The position numbers and the translations under genes are program-made. The notes below the pieces were generated by a model. The model was not told the DNA's origin, searched no databases, and saw only the letters and a list, made by a program, of their open reading frames with translations. A stretch of DNA of 64,000 nucleotides from Clostridiales bacterium (lineage in GTDB: Bacteria; Bacillota; Clostridia; HGM11327): assembly GCA_015056385.1 (NCBI GenBank), contig SVGI01000002.1:1093-65092 (forward strand), given 5' to 3'. Shown here piece by piece: positions 28,923 through 38,585 of this stretch. Each line of letters begins with the position of its first letter. Position 1 is the first letter of the stretch.

Positions 28923-29156
28923 ATGAATAAAATCAATAACGACACAGTAAGAATCAAGCTTATGAAGGACAGCAACGAAAACAAGGAGCCTCTTTTTGTA
29001 GGCGTTAACAACAAAACCTATTACATCTCAAGAGGTGTATGGGTAGACGTGCCTAAAAACGTAGCAAAGGTTATCGAGCGTTCTCTCAGACAGGACGAAA
29101 TGACTGCCTTTCTTATTGAAGAAACACAGTCCGATTACAAAAAAAAGAATTCATAA
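28923..29156 (+). CDS. Small phage protein, unknown function
   Basis: 77-aa ORF with an AAAGGAA RBS, in the phage module. No motif recognised. Confidence 0.5.
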   Translation: MNKINNDTVRIKLMKDSNENKEPLFVGVNNKTYYISRGVWVDVPKNVAKVIERSLRQDEMTAFLIEETQSDYKKKNS

Positions 29157-29174
29157 TGTCAGAAAGGAGCCGTT

Positions 29175-29546
29175 ATGACAATAAAACAGGCAACAGACAC
29201 CTTTGATTCAAGATATCCCTGCTCATATACATACGAGGATAAGGTCAGATGGCTCTCGGGATTGGATATGAGGATTGCCAGGGAGCTGCTTATCCCCTTT
29301 GGTATTTTTGATAAGGATTTCAGCGGATACGAGGCTTCCGCAAGCCCCGACACACCTCTTCTTGTACCGCACCCATTTGATGAAATGTACATTTTGTATC
29401 TCATAATGCAGACAGACCTTTTTAACGGCGAAACACAGCGTTATAACAACGACATACTTGCCTTTATGTCTGTATACAACGATTTTTGCGCATACGTATC
29501 CAGAAACGGAAAGCAAAAAAGCCGTTCTGTGCACGTTTCGATGTAA
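29175..29546 (+). CDS. Phage protein, unknown function (possibly head-tail connector class)
   Basis: 123-aa ORF with an AAAGGAG RBS. Position and size suggest an adaptor, but there is no firm motif. Confidence 0.45.
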   Translation: MTIKQATDTFDSRYPCSYTYEDKVRWLSGLDMRIARELLIPFGIFDKDFSGYEASASPDTPLLVPHPFDEMYILYLIMQTDLFNGETQRYNNDILAFMSVYNDFCAYVSRNGKQKSRSVHVSM

Positions 29547-29565
29547 GGTGGGAGAGTGATAAAAA

Positions 29566-31290
29566 ATGAGGCTAAGATTAATGAAGGTAATACCCCGTTC
29601 AAAGGAATACATAACAAAGTTTTCGGGATACAACAATTCCCAGAACGTACCTGAAAACGGGTTTTGCCATACAAAAAATTTAAGCAGTGAGCATCATCCG
29701 ATTTTATCCACAAGAGGAAAAAGAAGCACCTTTACAAGCCTTGACGGCTTTAGCGGAATGATTTTCAACAACGGGCTTTGCACGGTACAAAACACAAGCT
29801 TTACGTTTAACGGTGTAAAAAAGGGGGATGTTTCTCCGGGCGAAAAGCAGCTTGTGGCAATGGGTGCGTACGTGCTTATATTTCCCGATAAGAAATACTA
29901 CAACACCGCAACAGATGCTTTCGGCTCCCTGGAAAATACGTATAGCGCATCAAGCACCGTAACCTATACCCTTACAGATTACGAAGGAACACCGTATAAC
30001 ACACCCTTCATATCAGACGTTCCCCCCGAGGCACCTGCTGACGGGGCTCTTTGGATAAATACGTCGTCTCTCCCTCATACCTTAAACATCTATTCAAGCC
30101 AATCGCTTTCCTGGAGCGGCATTATATCAACCTACGTCAAAATATCAGCCACAGGTATAGATGCAGGCTTCAGAGTAAACGACGGCGTAACCATAGAATC
30201 AAGCGTAATACCCTCTATGAACTCCGCAAACGTAATCTCCTCTGTTGGTACAGGCTACATAATCGTACCCGGAATTATAGACAGTGTTTCCCAGCAAGAC
30301 GGAGGGCTTGTAATCAAAAGGACAGTACCCGATATGGATTACGTTACTCAGCTTCACAACAGAGTATGGGGATGCTCAAGCGACAACCACGAAATATATG
30401 CGTCAAAGCTTGCAGACCCGTTTAACTGGAACTGCTTTGAGGGACTTGCTTCCGATAGCTATGCCGTAACCATAGGCGACTCTGACAGCTTCACAGGGGC
30501 TACAAGCCATTTATCCTCTGTAATCTTTTTCAAGGAGGGGCTTATTATAAAGATTTACGGTACAAAGCCCTCTAACTTTGAGGTATCCACAATAAACGCC
30601 CGTGGAGTGCAAAAGGGCTGCCACAAAAGCATTGCCGAGGTAAACGAAACGCTGTTTTACAAATCAAGATGGGGTGTAATGGCATACGACGGAGGCGTAC
30701 CTTACTGTGTTTCCGCAGATATAGATTCTGTGAAATATCACGACGCCTGCGCAGGCAGTGTGGGTACGAAATACTATATTTCAATGGCTGACGAAAACGG
30801 GGTGTACCGTTTATTTGTGTATGATGCATCTAAAAATATATGGATGCTGGAGGATGAAACACACGCTAAGGACTTTGTATATATTCGAGGCGCCCTGTGC
30901 TACGTTGATAACGAGGGCAGCCTTATAAGCGTTACAGGTGAAAGCAGCCTTTCACCCTTTGTTCACACCGCAGGTACCCCGGAGGATAGCATAGAATGGT
31001 GCGCAATAACAGGTCCGTTGGGTATGTATATGCCAAACAAAAAATATCTTTCCGCCTTAACCGTACGAATGTCCGCATTGAAGGACTCAACGCTAAAGGT
31101 AAGTATATCCTACGACTCATCACCTGTATTCAGGGAGGTGTTCTCTGCCCGGGTAACAGAAGCAAAAAAATCATTTGATATACGCCTTGCCCCCCACAGA
31201 TGCGACCATTTTGCAATTAAGCTTGAGGGTACGGGAGAAATAAGGCTGCACACCATGTGTAAAACGCTGGAATTGGGGGGAATGCAATGA
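29566..31290 (+). CDS. Large phage structural protein, unknown function
   Basis: 574 aa with no nucleotide-binding motif. It overlaps the next gene by 4 nt (ATGA), which suggests translational coupling. Confidence 0.5.
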   Translation: MRLRLMKVIPRSKEYITKFSGYNNSQNVPENGFCHTKNLSSEHHPILSTRGKRSTFTSLDGFSGMIFNNGLCTVQNTSFTFNGVKKGDVSPGEKQLVAMGAYVLIFPDKKYYNTATDAFGSLENTYSASSTVTYTLTDYEGTPYNTPFISDVPPEAPADGALWINTSSLPHTLNIYSSQSLSWSGIISTYVKISATGIDAGFRVNDGVTIESSVIPSMNSANVISSVGTGYIIVPGIIDSVSQQDGGLVIKRTVPDMDYVTQLHNRVWGCSSDNHEIYASKLADPFNWNCFEGLASDSYAVTIGDSDSFTGATSHLSSVIFFKEGLIIKIYGTKPSNFEVSTINARGVQKGCHKSIAEVNETLFYKSRWGVMAYDGGVPYCVSADIDSVKYHDACAGSVGTKYYISMADENGVYRLFVYDASKNIWMLEDETHAKDFVYIRGALCYVDNEGSLISVTGESSLSPFVHTAGTPEDSIEWCAITGPLGMYMPNKKYLSALTVRMSALKDSTLKVSISYDSSPVFREVFSARVTEAKKSFDIRLAPHRCDHFAIKLEGTGEIRLHTMCKTLELGGMQ

Positions 31291-32060
31291 TATCAAGCAT
31301 TACGGGTATTTCAGTACCCAGCATAACCGAGGAAGATTTGGAAAGCAAGGCGCAGCAAAGAAAAATACTGCAATATCTTTACGAGCTTAACGATAAGATA
31401 TCCCATATGCTCAGAAACATAGATACGGAGAACCTTACGCCTGAGCTATCCAAAAAAATAAGCTCTGCCGCATCACCGAAGGATATCGAGGCGGCGGTGT
31501 CGTCACAAAAGGCATCCCTTATAAGCTTCAAGGCTGCAGCAGACAGAGAAAGAGAGGCCCTTGCCGACAAAATTATTACCTCGGCAAGTGAAACCAAGGA
31601 GGAGCTTTCGAAAAAGCTTTACGAAAGCGAGGAGGGTATAAGGTCTATTGTAAGCAGGGATTTTATTGCGCGAAGCGAGTTCGATTCGTATACCCTTGAA
31701 ACTCTCTCCTCCATAGAGCAGCTTGCAAACGGAATAAATATTCTCGTAAGCAAATGCGAGAACATTATAACGGATGACAGCAACGCAACTCTCGGGCAAT
31801 ACCTTGCAAAGCTCCAGACCTCCTACAGCTTTACTGCAGATGGGCTTGTTATAGGGCAAAGCGACAGCCCCTTCAAGCTTTACCTTAAAAAGGATATGAT
31901 AGCCATCACCTGCGGTGAGGACGACAACAACGAGCCCATAGTTATCGCTTATTTTTCTGCAAACGGACTGGAAATAAGCAGTATTGAAAGAGTCCGTTTT
32001 GGCAATATGAAATTTATACCCGAGGCAAACGGCAGTATATCCTTTGCCGTAAGCGGTTAA
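31287..32060 (+). CDS. Phage structural protein with predicted coiled coil
   Basis: 257 aa. The central region is rich in heptad-like E/K/L/S stretches. Confidence 0.45.
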   Translation: MISSITGISVPSITEEDLESKAQQRKILQYLYELNDKISHMLRNIDTENLTPELSKKISSAASPKDIEAAVSSQKASLISFKAAADREREALADKIITSASETKEELSKKLYESEEGIRSIVSRDFIARSEFDSYTLETLSSIEQLANGINILVSKCENIITDDSNATLGQYLAKLQTSYSFTADGLVIGQSDSPFKLYLKKDMIAITCGEDDNNEPIVIAYFSANGLEISSIERVRFGNMKFIPEANGSISFAVSG

Positions 32061-32079
32061 CCAAGGAAAGGAGTAACAA

Positions 32080-33906
32080 ATGGCTGAAAACATTATTAAC
32101 GGTACGGTACAGCAAAACAGCGGTATTTTTTCATTCTACATATCCTGGAGCGCCGTAAAAAACGAAAGCGCAAACTCCTCCACAGTATCGGCAACGGCAT
32201 ATATTACGTCAACAGATACAAGTAAGACGTTTACTGCAACGAATTGCCTTATATCAGTTGATTCCGAGGTATCCACGCCCAAAACGGTAAGCGTAGCCTA
32301 TTCCTCTGGAAAATGCATTATAGCCACCATATCGGGTATTACGGTTTCTCACAACACAGACGGTACAAAGGCAGTAACCATTTCTGCGATACTTGAAGCC
32401 TCGGGAAGCGGTACACCCGGAAGATGTACGGCAAGTCAGACGGTTTCCCTTGATACGATATCAAGAGCCTCCACTATAACCTCTGTTTCACCTGCCACAT
32501 CCTCCTCTTCACCTATGGTTGTAAACGGAGCTAACGCTTTAACCGCTTATTTTTCATCAAAGAGCAGTGATTTCACACATAAAAAGCAGTTTTTGTTTCA
32601 GACAAAAAGCTCGGCAATAACATCACTTACGCAGACAGAGGAAAAAAACAAGGCTACCTCTCCCTTTGTTGTGCCTACGGAATGGCTTAACGCTATACCC
32701 TCTTCACTGTCAGCAAGAGGGCGTGTGGACATACACACATATTCCGGAACATCCAAAATAGGCACATCCACCAAATATTTCTTCCTTAAGGTTCCCTCAT
32801 ACACCCCAAGCGCATCGTTAAGCGTTACGGCAAATAACACCCTTAACGGGCTGTACGTACAGGGACATTCCAGGGTAAACGTAAGCGTATCGGCATCATC
32901 ACAGTACGGGGCGGGCATCACAACGTACAATACCAATATATGCTCCGTAGGATATCAGGGAAGCTCGTTTACTTCCCAGCCCATTACGGCATCCGGTACT
33001 GTAAGCATTACCACAACCGTTACGGACACAAGAGGAATCACAGCCACAGCAACAAAGGCGATAACCGTGGAGCCTTATTCCGCCCCATACCTTTCTTCAT
33101 TTACCGTCAGCAGATGCAACAGCGACGGAACCCTTAACAACATGGGGGCATATATAAAAATAACTGTTACAGGCGGATATTCCACCGTTAAGGGGGCAAA
33201 TACTGCCTCCTGTACCGTTTCCGTTAACAAAGGCAGTGCAAAGACGATTACTGCCGCAAACGGTTCAATAAGCGGCACCATAATACAAAGCGCCTCCGTT
33301 ACGTCTATGTACACGGTAGAGTGTACTGTTACGGATAAATTCAACACCGTAACTCAAAGCAAAACCGCGCCTACTGTTTCCGTACCTATGAACATAGGCT
33401 CAAACAGAATATCCTTTGGAGGAATATCCTCTGCCCAGGGCTTTTCCGTGCTTTACGATACCATAGGCTTGGGATGCGAGGGCACTACCCAGGGAGTAAC
33501 CGTGAAAAGCACCCTTCCCCTTCACTGCGGCGAGGTTTCATCAACCAAAATAAGCACCGGTGAGATAGCCTCCTCAAAAACAAGCAGCGGGGAGCTTACG
33601 TGTACAAAGCTTAACGGAAGACTTCCGCCTACAATGGACCTTATATTTTCGGGCTCTGCCACAACGCCGATTGCACTTACGGCAAATCCCTCGAATTACG
33701 ATTTCCTGCTTGTTACCGTAAAGCTGGGGAGCAACGTTTCACTGTGTACAGGAATAATACCCGTAAGCATCGGCGCAAGTGAAACCCATCTTGTAGCCGA
33801 CGAGGCCTCTTACTGCGGCTATAAGATATCAGGAAGCACACTTGTAAGAGGTACAACCAACTCATCCTCAAGCACGGTAAAATACGTTTTCGGGGTAAGA
33901 GTATGA
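32080..33906 (+). CDS. Phage minor structural / tail-fibre-like protein (DUF859-like)
   Basis: 608 aa, Ser/Thr-rich, with repeated beta-rich modules (e.g. TVTDTRGITATATKAITVEPYSAPYLSSFTVSRCNSDGT). It resembles DUF859 minor structural proteins as I recall them. Confidence 0.5.
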   Translation: MAENIINGTVQQNSGIFSFYISWSAVKNESANSSTVSATAYITSTDTSKTFTATNCLISVDSEVSTPKTVSVAYSSGKCIIATISGITVSHNTDGTKAVTISAILEASGSGTPGRCTASQTVSLDTISRASTITSVSPATSSSSPMVVNGANALTAYFSSKSSDFTHKKQFLFQTKSSAITSLTQTEEKNKATSPFVVPTEWLNAIPSSLSARGRVDIHTYSGTSKIGTSTKYFFLKVPSYTPSASLSVTANNTLNGLYVQGHSRVNVSVSASSQYGAGITTYNTNICSVGYQGSSFTSQPITASGTVSITTTVTDTRGITATATKAITVEPYSAPYLSSFTVSRCNSDGTLNNMGAYIKITVTGGYSTVKGANTASCTVSVNKGSAKTITAANGSISGTIIQSASVTSMYTVECTVTDKFNTVTQSKTAPTVSVPMNIGSNRISFGGISSAQGFSVLYDTIGLGCEGTTQGVTVKSTLPLHCGEVSSTKISTGEIASSKTSSGELTCTKLNGRLPPTMDLIFSGSATTPIALTANPSNYDFLLVTVKLGSNVSLCTGIIPVSIGASETHLVADEASYCGYKISGSTLVRGTTNSSSSTVKYVFGVRV

Positions 33907-33931
33907 TTAATATACAGAAAGGATGCTACAA

Positions 33932-34882
33932 ATGAGCACAACCAACAAAACAAAAAAGGATGAAAAATACGTTTCCCCATGGCAAAGCGAAATAGATTCC
34001 ATTATAGAAAAGGTGCTTAACAACAAGGAGTTCAGCTACAACATAAATTCGGACCCTGTTTATGAGCAGTATAAATCATCCTACTTAAAAAACGCACAAA
34101 GGGCTATGAGAGATACTGTATCCTCTGCCTCTGCCCTTACAGGCGGATATGCAAACTCCTACGCTGTTACTGCCGGTCAGCAGAAATATAACGACGGGCT
34201 TACCTCCCTTAAGGATATTACGGCAGACCTTTACGATAACGCATATGAGAGATACTCCTCCCAGATAGATTCCTATCTTGACAAGCTTGCACAGTTAAGG
34301 CTTCTTGATGAGGATAACTACGAAAGATACTATAACGATATAAGGCTTGAGGAGGAGAAGGCACAAAACGCCATAGAAAACGCACAATGGGAAAGAGAAT
34401 TCGCACTTGAAAAGGAGATTAAGCAAAGGGAGCTTGCACTTAAGGAGGAGAGCAAAAATCAAGGCGCATCCTCCTCTTCATCCTCCGATGACGATTTTTC
34501 TCCTGCAAGCGCCACGAAATACATAGATTCTCTTGTGAAAAAAGGATACAGCGACGTGCAGATATACAGACAGCTCAAAAACGTTTACGGCGACAGCAAG
34601 GCGTTTTTATCCTGGGCAGAGAACGTAATTCTGCCCAGCGGTGTAAAGCTGTGGGATATTTTCAAGATAGATACAAACGTATCCCTTTCTCCTCAGGCGC
34701 CCTCCTCAATTGTGCCAAGGCTAAGCGAATACCAATGGAATATTCTTTACGACAACTACTACGATTTCAAAAACTTCCCCTTCAAGCACACCTATATCAC
34801 CACTGCAGATGCAAGCCTGCTCACCAAATACAAAACCTACGACAAGTATTTACAGGCTGTTATGCGTGGCGAGGTAAAATAA
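33932..34882 (+). CDS. Phage protein, unknown function
   Basis: About 316 aa. I prefer the ATG at 33932 (AAGGA RBS 8 nt upstream) over 33923. It has a coiled-coil middle and a poly-Ser linker. Confidence 0.45.
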   Translation: MSTTNKTKKDEKYVSPWQSEIDSIIEKVLNNKEFSYNINSDPVYEQYKSSYLKNAQRAMRDTVSSASALTGGYANSYAVTAGQQKYNDGLTSLKDITADLYDNAYERYSSQIDSYLDKLAQLRLLDEDNYERYYNDIRLEEEKAQNAIENAQWEREFALEKEIKQRELALKEESKNQGASSSSSSDDDFSPASATKYIDSLVKKGYSDVQIYRQLKNVYGDSKAFLSWAENVILPSGVKLWDIFKIDTNVSLSPQAPSSIVPRLSEYQWNILYDNYYDFKNFPFKHTYITTADASLLTKYKTYDKYLQAVMRGEVK

Positions 34883-34892
34883 GGAGAATACA

Positions 34893-35183
34893 ATGGATTA
34901 CAACGAAAAATACTGTCTTAGCATTCACAAGGCCGTAGACGAAAAGCTTTCGGAGCATTCCGAGAGGCTGGACGCCATGCACGACGTGCTTCGTTCTATC
35001 GAGCTTTCCAATGCTACCCTTACAGGCATACTTGAGCGCCTTGCCGCAGACAGCAAAAGCTACGGCGACAGGATTTCAAAACTGGAAATGAGGCCTGCCG
35101 GGCTATGGGACAAGGTGATTTTCGGTGTTATCGGTGCATTGGTTGCTCTTATAATAGATGCACTTGCAAGTAAAATTCTATAA
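34893..35183 (+). CDS. XhlA-like lysis-associated membrane protein
   Basis: 96 aa with an N-terminal coiled coil and a single C-terminal TM helix (VIFGVIGALVALIIDAL). This is the XhlA architecture, and the gene sits directly before the endolysin. Confidence 0.55.
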   Translation: MDYNEKYCLSIHKAVDEKLSEHSERLDAMHDVLRSIELSNATLTGILERLAADSKSYGDRISKLEMRPAGLWDKVIFGVIGALVALIIDALASKIL

Positions 35184-35204
35184 AGAAGGGAAGTAAAATT
35201 TAAC

Positions 35205-36203
35205 GTGAAGACTGTAAAGATATATATTTCACCCTCTAATCAACAGGCAAACCGCTATGCAACAGGGGGTACAAACGAGGCAGAGCAATGCGAGAAAATA
35301 GCAAAGGCTCTTTCAGAGGCTCTTAAAAGATGCGCCTTTGAAACGAAAATAGGAGAAAGAAATTTTGATATGAGTAAGAGATGCGAGGAAAGCAACCTTT
35401 GGGGCGCAGACCTCCATCTCCCCATTCATACAAACGCAGGAGGAGGTGTGGGAACAGAGGTTTTTATAAAGGATGATAACGAAATTCCTATGGCAGAGGC
35501 CTTACTTGATGAGCTTTGCAAAATCACCCTTTCCGGTGTAAGAAGGGGTGTAAAAAGGAGGTCCTCCTTAATAGAGCTTAATTCCACGCCCCGGGCCGCA
35601 TACGTGGAAATTGATTTTCACGACGACCCTAATATCGCACTTTGGATAATCGATTCCACAGAGCTTATAGCTAACGCTATGGCAAGGGCAATATGCACCC
35701 ATTTCGGTATAGAATACGTCCCACCTGAGGAAAAAAGGCAATTAAGGGTAGGAGATACGGTTTATTTTTCGGGCAACAAGCATTACTCCTCATCGGTATC
35801 AAACAAATACTACAAGGCAACACCCGGAGAGGCTACAATTACGCATATTGCCTCTAATGCTCTTCACCCCTACCACTTAATAGCCATCAAGACAGGCACC
35901 TCCAACGTTTACGGATGGTGTAATACAGAGGACGTTGAATTAAGTGAATCTCCCGCCGAGGAAAGCGTTTCACCGCCTGTATACGTACGCGGACAGAAAA
36001 TAAGACTTAACAAAGCGCCGCTGTATTCCTCCTCAACGGCAAAAAAGCAAGCCGCCTCAAAAACAGGTACGTTTTACATTTACGACGGCAAGCTTATAAA
36101 CGGCAGGTACAGAATTACAACGAAGCCTCAATACGTGGCAAAGGCACCTGCCTCCCTTTTTACCACAGGCTATATAGACCCTATGGATATTATTCCGACT
36201 TAA
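35205..36203 (+). CDS. Endolysin: N-acetylmuramoyl-L-alanine amidase (Amidase_3-type) with two C-terminal SH3-like repeats
   Basis: KIYISPSNQQAN...LPIHTNAGGG...YVEIDFHDDP matches the catalytic-domain pattern. Two roughly 70-aa C-terminal repeats are plausible wall-binding modules. GTG start. Confidence 0.85.
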   Translation: MKTVKIYISPSNQQANRYATGGTNEAEQCEKIAKALSEALKRCAFETKIGERNFDMSKRCEESNLWGADLHLPIHTNAGGGVGTEVFIKDDNEIPMAEALLDELCKITLSGVRRGVKRRSSLIELNSTPRAAYVEIDFHDDPNIALWIIDSTELIANAMARAICTHFGIEYVPPEEKRQLRVGDTVYFSGNKHYSSSVSNKYYKATPGEATITHIASNALHPYHLIAIKTGTSNVYGWCNTEDVELSESPAEESVSPPVYVRGQKIRLNKAPLYSSSTAKKQAASKTGTFYIYDGKLINGRYRITTKPQYVAKAPASLFTTGYIDPMDIIPT

Positions 36204-36220
36204 AGAGAAAGGAGAAACTT

Positions 36221-36496
36221 ATGGATTACCAAAGCTATATCAAAGCAGAATTTTTATTTCTAATACCTGTAATTATGCTTATAGGCGCAGCAATTAAGCG
36301 CACAGAGCGCATTAACAGCAAATGGATTCCCATTATTCTGGGAGTTATAGGCTGTATCGGCGTTGCCGTATGGCAGCTTGCCTATGAAAGCGTTACAAAC
36401 TGGTGGGCATTCGCCCTTACCTCCTTTGTGCAGGGAATTTTAGTTGCCGCAGGAGCGGTATACTCAAATCAGATTTATAAGCAAACAAAGAAATAG
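36221..36496 (+). CDS. Holin (three predicted TM helices)
   Basis: 91 aa with three hydrophobic helices and a charged C-terminus (KQTKK). It is the last gene of the lysis cassette. Confidence 0.6.
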   Translation: MDYQSYIKAEFLFLIPVIMLIGAAIKRTERINSKWIPIILGVIGCIGVAVWQLAYESVTNWWAFALTSFVQGILVAAGAVYSNQIYKQTKK

Positions 36497-36510
36497 TTCC
36501 CGGCAGACTG

Positions 36511-36547
36511 TACGGGCAGAGCTATCAGGCTCTGCCCGTATTTTTTA
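36511..36547 (+). terminator. Rho-independent terminator closing the phage module
   Basis: Stem TACGGGCAGAGC / GCTCTGCCCGTA (12 bp), a 6-nt loop, then TTTTTT. Confidence 0.85.
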
Positions 36548-36661
36548 GCTTATGCTATTATATTTTTAAGAAAGATATTCCTTTTCCTTGAATAAAAAAT
36601 ACAACTGTGATAAAATGTCCTTATATTATATTTATATAATTTTGAAAGGAAGCTGAATATT

Positions 36662-38569
36662 ATGTTTAACAGTAATGACATCAAGGAATTAAAGCTTTTA
36701 CTTCGTCCCAACATAACAACACCCTACGACGCACGTGTAAATCTGCCTGAGCGCGGTACGGAAACCGTATTCAAGCCCACAGCTTACTCCACCCTTGAGG
36801 AATGGGAAGCAGTAAAGGAAGATATAAAAAATACTATGAAAATGATCAACGGGCTTTCAGACTACACTGAAAAATGCCCTCTTGAGCCTAAGGTTTACGA
36901 CCTTATGGATTGCGGCGATTTCACAGTTGAAAAGCTTATGATCCAATCTATGCCCGGATATTACTGCACAGGTAACATATTCCGCCCCAAGAATAAAAAG
37001 GGTCCATTCCCCGTTATAATCAACCCCCACGGTCATTGGCCCAACGGACGTATCCACCAGGATCACACTATCGATATGGTTCAGCGCTGTGTAAACTTTG
37101 CACGTATAGGCTGTATTGCCATACTTTACGATATGGTAGGCTACGTTGATTCCTGCCAGACGATACACAATTTTGCAGACCTTGAAATGGAGCTTTGGGG
37201 TACAGGCTCTGCGCCTATCCAGACTATCAACTCTATGAGAATACTGGACTTCGTATTTGAGAACATAGACGTTGACAAGCGTTACGTTGCATGTACAGGC
37301 GCTTCAGGCGGCGGTACACAGACGTATATGATATCCGTACTTGATGAAAGAATTACCATGTGCGCACCTGTAAATATGATCTCCAGCATTTTCCAGGGCG
37401 GATGCTTCTGCGAAAACTGGCCTCTTATGAGGGTTGATTACAACAATATGCAGATAGCCGCTGCAATAGCGCCCCGTCCTATGCTTATGGTAAACTGCAC
37501 AGGTGACTGGACAGTAAATACTCCCGAGGTTGAATACCCCATGCTTAAGGGTATATACGACCTTTACGGTGCAGGGGACAACCTTGAGATGTTCCGTGAT
37601 GATTTTGAGCACAACTACAACAAGGCAAGCCGCGTGGCAGTTGCTGATTTCTTCTCACGCCGTATATTCGGCAAGCCCTTTGAAGGCGAGGTTGAATACG
37701 ATTTTGGGGACAGAAACGTTCTCCGCCTCTTCCCTGACAACGTAAATCCCGATGCCAAAATAAAGGATGGCGAGGTCTTTGAAATGATAAAGGGCCTTAA
37801 GAGAAAGGAATATGCTTCAAGAATCGAAAACAAGGATGCTACACTTGTTGATGAATTAAGAAGAGTTACAGGCGTATACAAGACAAGCAAATTTATTAAT
37901 CATACAAATTGGCTCTACAATATGTATGAGAAGGACCTTTCAGACGGCATCCACGCCAATAAGTTCTATCTCTTCACTCCCGAAAAGGGATGTATTCCCG
38001 TTGTTCTCTTTACAAAGAACGGCGTTACACCCAAGGGCGGCGCACTTTTCATTTCCTCAAAGGGCAAGGCAGAGCTTATAAAGCATTCCGAATGGCTTAT
38101 CCACGAGCTTAATGAGGGCAAGGCTGTTCTTGCGGCAGACGTTTTCCTTACAGGCGAAATGAATCACCCCTACGTACGTACAGGCAGATTCGTTTCCTAC
38201 GGAAGACATTTCCCTGCATTCAACCTTACGGATACTGCTATGCAGTGCGCTGACTACGTTTCACTTGTAAATTACATGGTTGAAAATTACGGCGAGGACC
38301 TTGACGTTTATGCTCACGGCAAAATGGCATACTGCGCTGCAGCAACTCTCCCCTTCACAGGTAAGTTGGGTACACTCACTCTCAACAAGGAGTACCTTGT
38401 GCTTAACGAGGATGAAAATTACATTGATGAATTCTGTCTGCCCCTTTACCTCGGCTTCGGCGGTTTCGAGGCTTCTGCAGCATTCGGTGCAGACCTTCCC
38501 AAGACCATTACAGTAGTTGGACTTGAGGATGATATGACAAAAGCAATAAGCAAATACCGTACAAAATAA
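36662..38569 (+). CDS. Alpha/beta-hydrolase-fold esterase (putative carbohydrate esterase)
   Basis: 635 aa with the nucleophile elbow GASGGG in the context VACTGASGGGTQTY. The N-terminal region resembles acetyl-xylan-esterase-like hydrolases. Specificity unknown. Confidence 0.6.
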   Translation: MFNSNDIKELKLLLRPNITTPYDARVNLPERGTETVFKPTAYSTLEEWEAVKEDIKNTMKMINGLSDYTEKCPLEPKVYDLMDCGDFTVEKLMIQSMPGYYCTGNIFRPKNKKGPFPVIINPHGHWPNGRIHQDHTIDMVQRCVNFARIGCIAILYDMVGYVDSCQTIHNFADLEMELWGTGSAPIQTINSMRILDFVFENIDVDKRYVACTGASGGGTQTYMISVLDERITMCAPVNMISSIFQGGCFCENWPLMRVDYNNMQIAAAIAPRPMLMVNCTGDWTVNTPEVEYPMLKGIYDLYGAGDNLEMFRDDFEHNYNKASRVAVADFFSRRIFGKPFEGEVEYDFGDRNVLRLFPDNVNPDAKIKDGEVFEMIKGLKRKEYASRIENKDATLVDELRRVTGVYKTSKFINHTNWLYNMYEKDLSDGIHANKFYLFTPEKGCIPVVLFTKNGVTPKGGALFISSKGKAELIKHSEWLIHELNEGKAVLAADVFLTGEMNHPYVRTGRFVSYGRHFPAFNLTDTAMQCADYVSLVNYMVENYGEDLDVYAHGKMAYCAAATLPFTGKLGTLTLNKEYLVLNEDENYIDEFCLPLYLGFGGFEASAAFGADLPKTITVVGLEDDMTKAISKYRTK

Positions 38570-38585
38570 CGGAGGAAAATCTAAA

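Larger units (their letters stand above)
27574..36547 (+). mobile_element. Prophage remnant or domesticated phage late module (capsid, structural and lysis genes only)
   Basis: Ten co-oriented, tightly packed ORFs run from a major capsid gene to a holin and end at a strong terminator. No terminase, portal, protease, integrase or repressor is recognisable. The flanks are housekeeping genes. Confidence 0.75.

Noticed and set aside
31503-32093. 196-aa minus-strand ORF inside the phage module
   Set aside because: It is antisense to the 257-aa coiled-coil gene and spans an intergenic junction. It is a shadow ORF.
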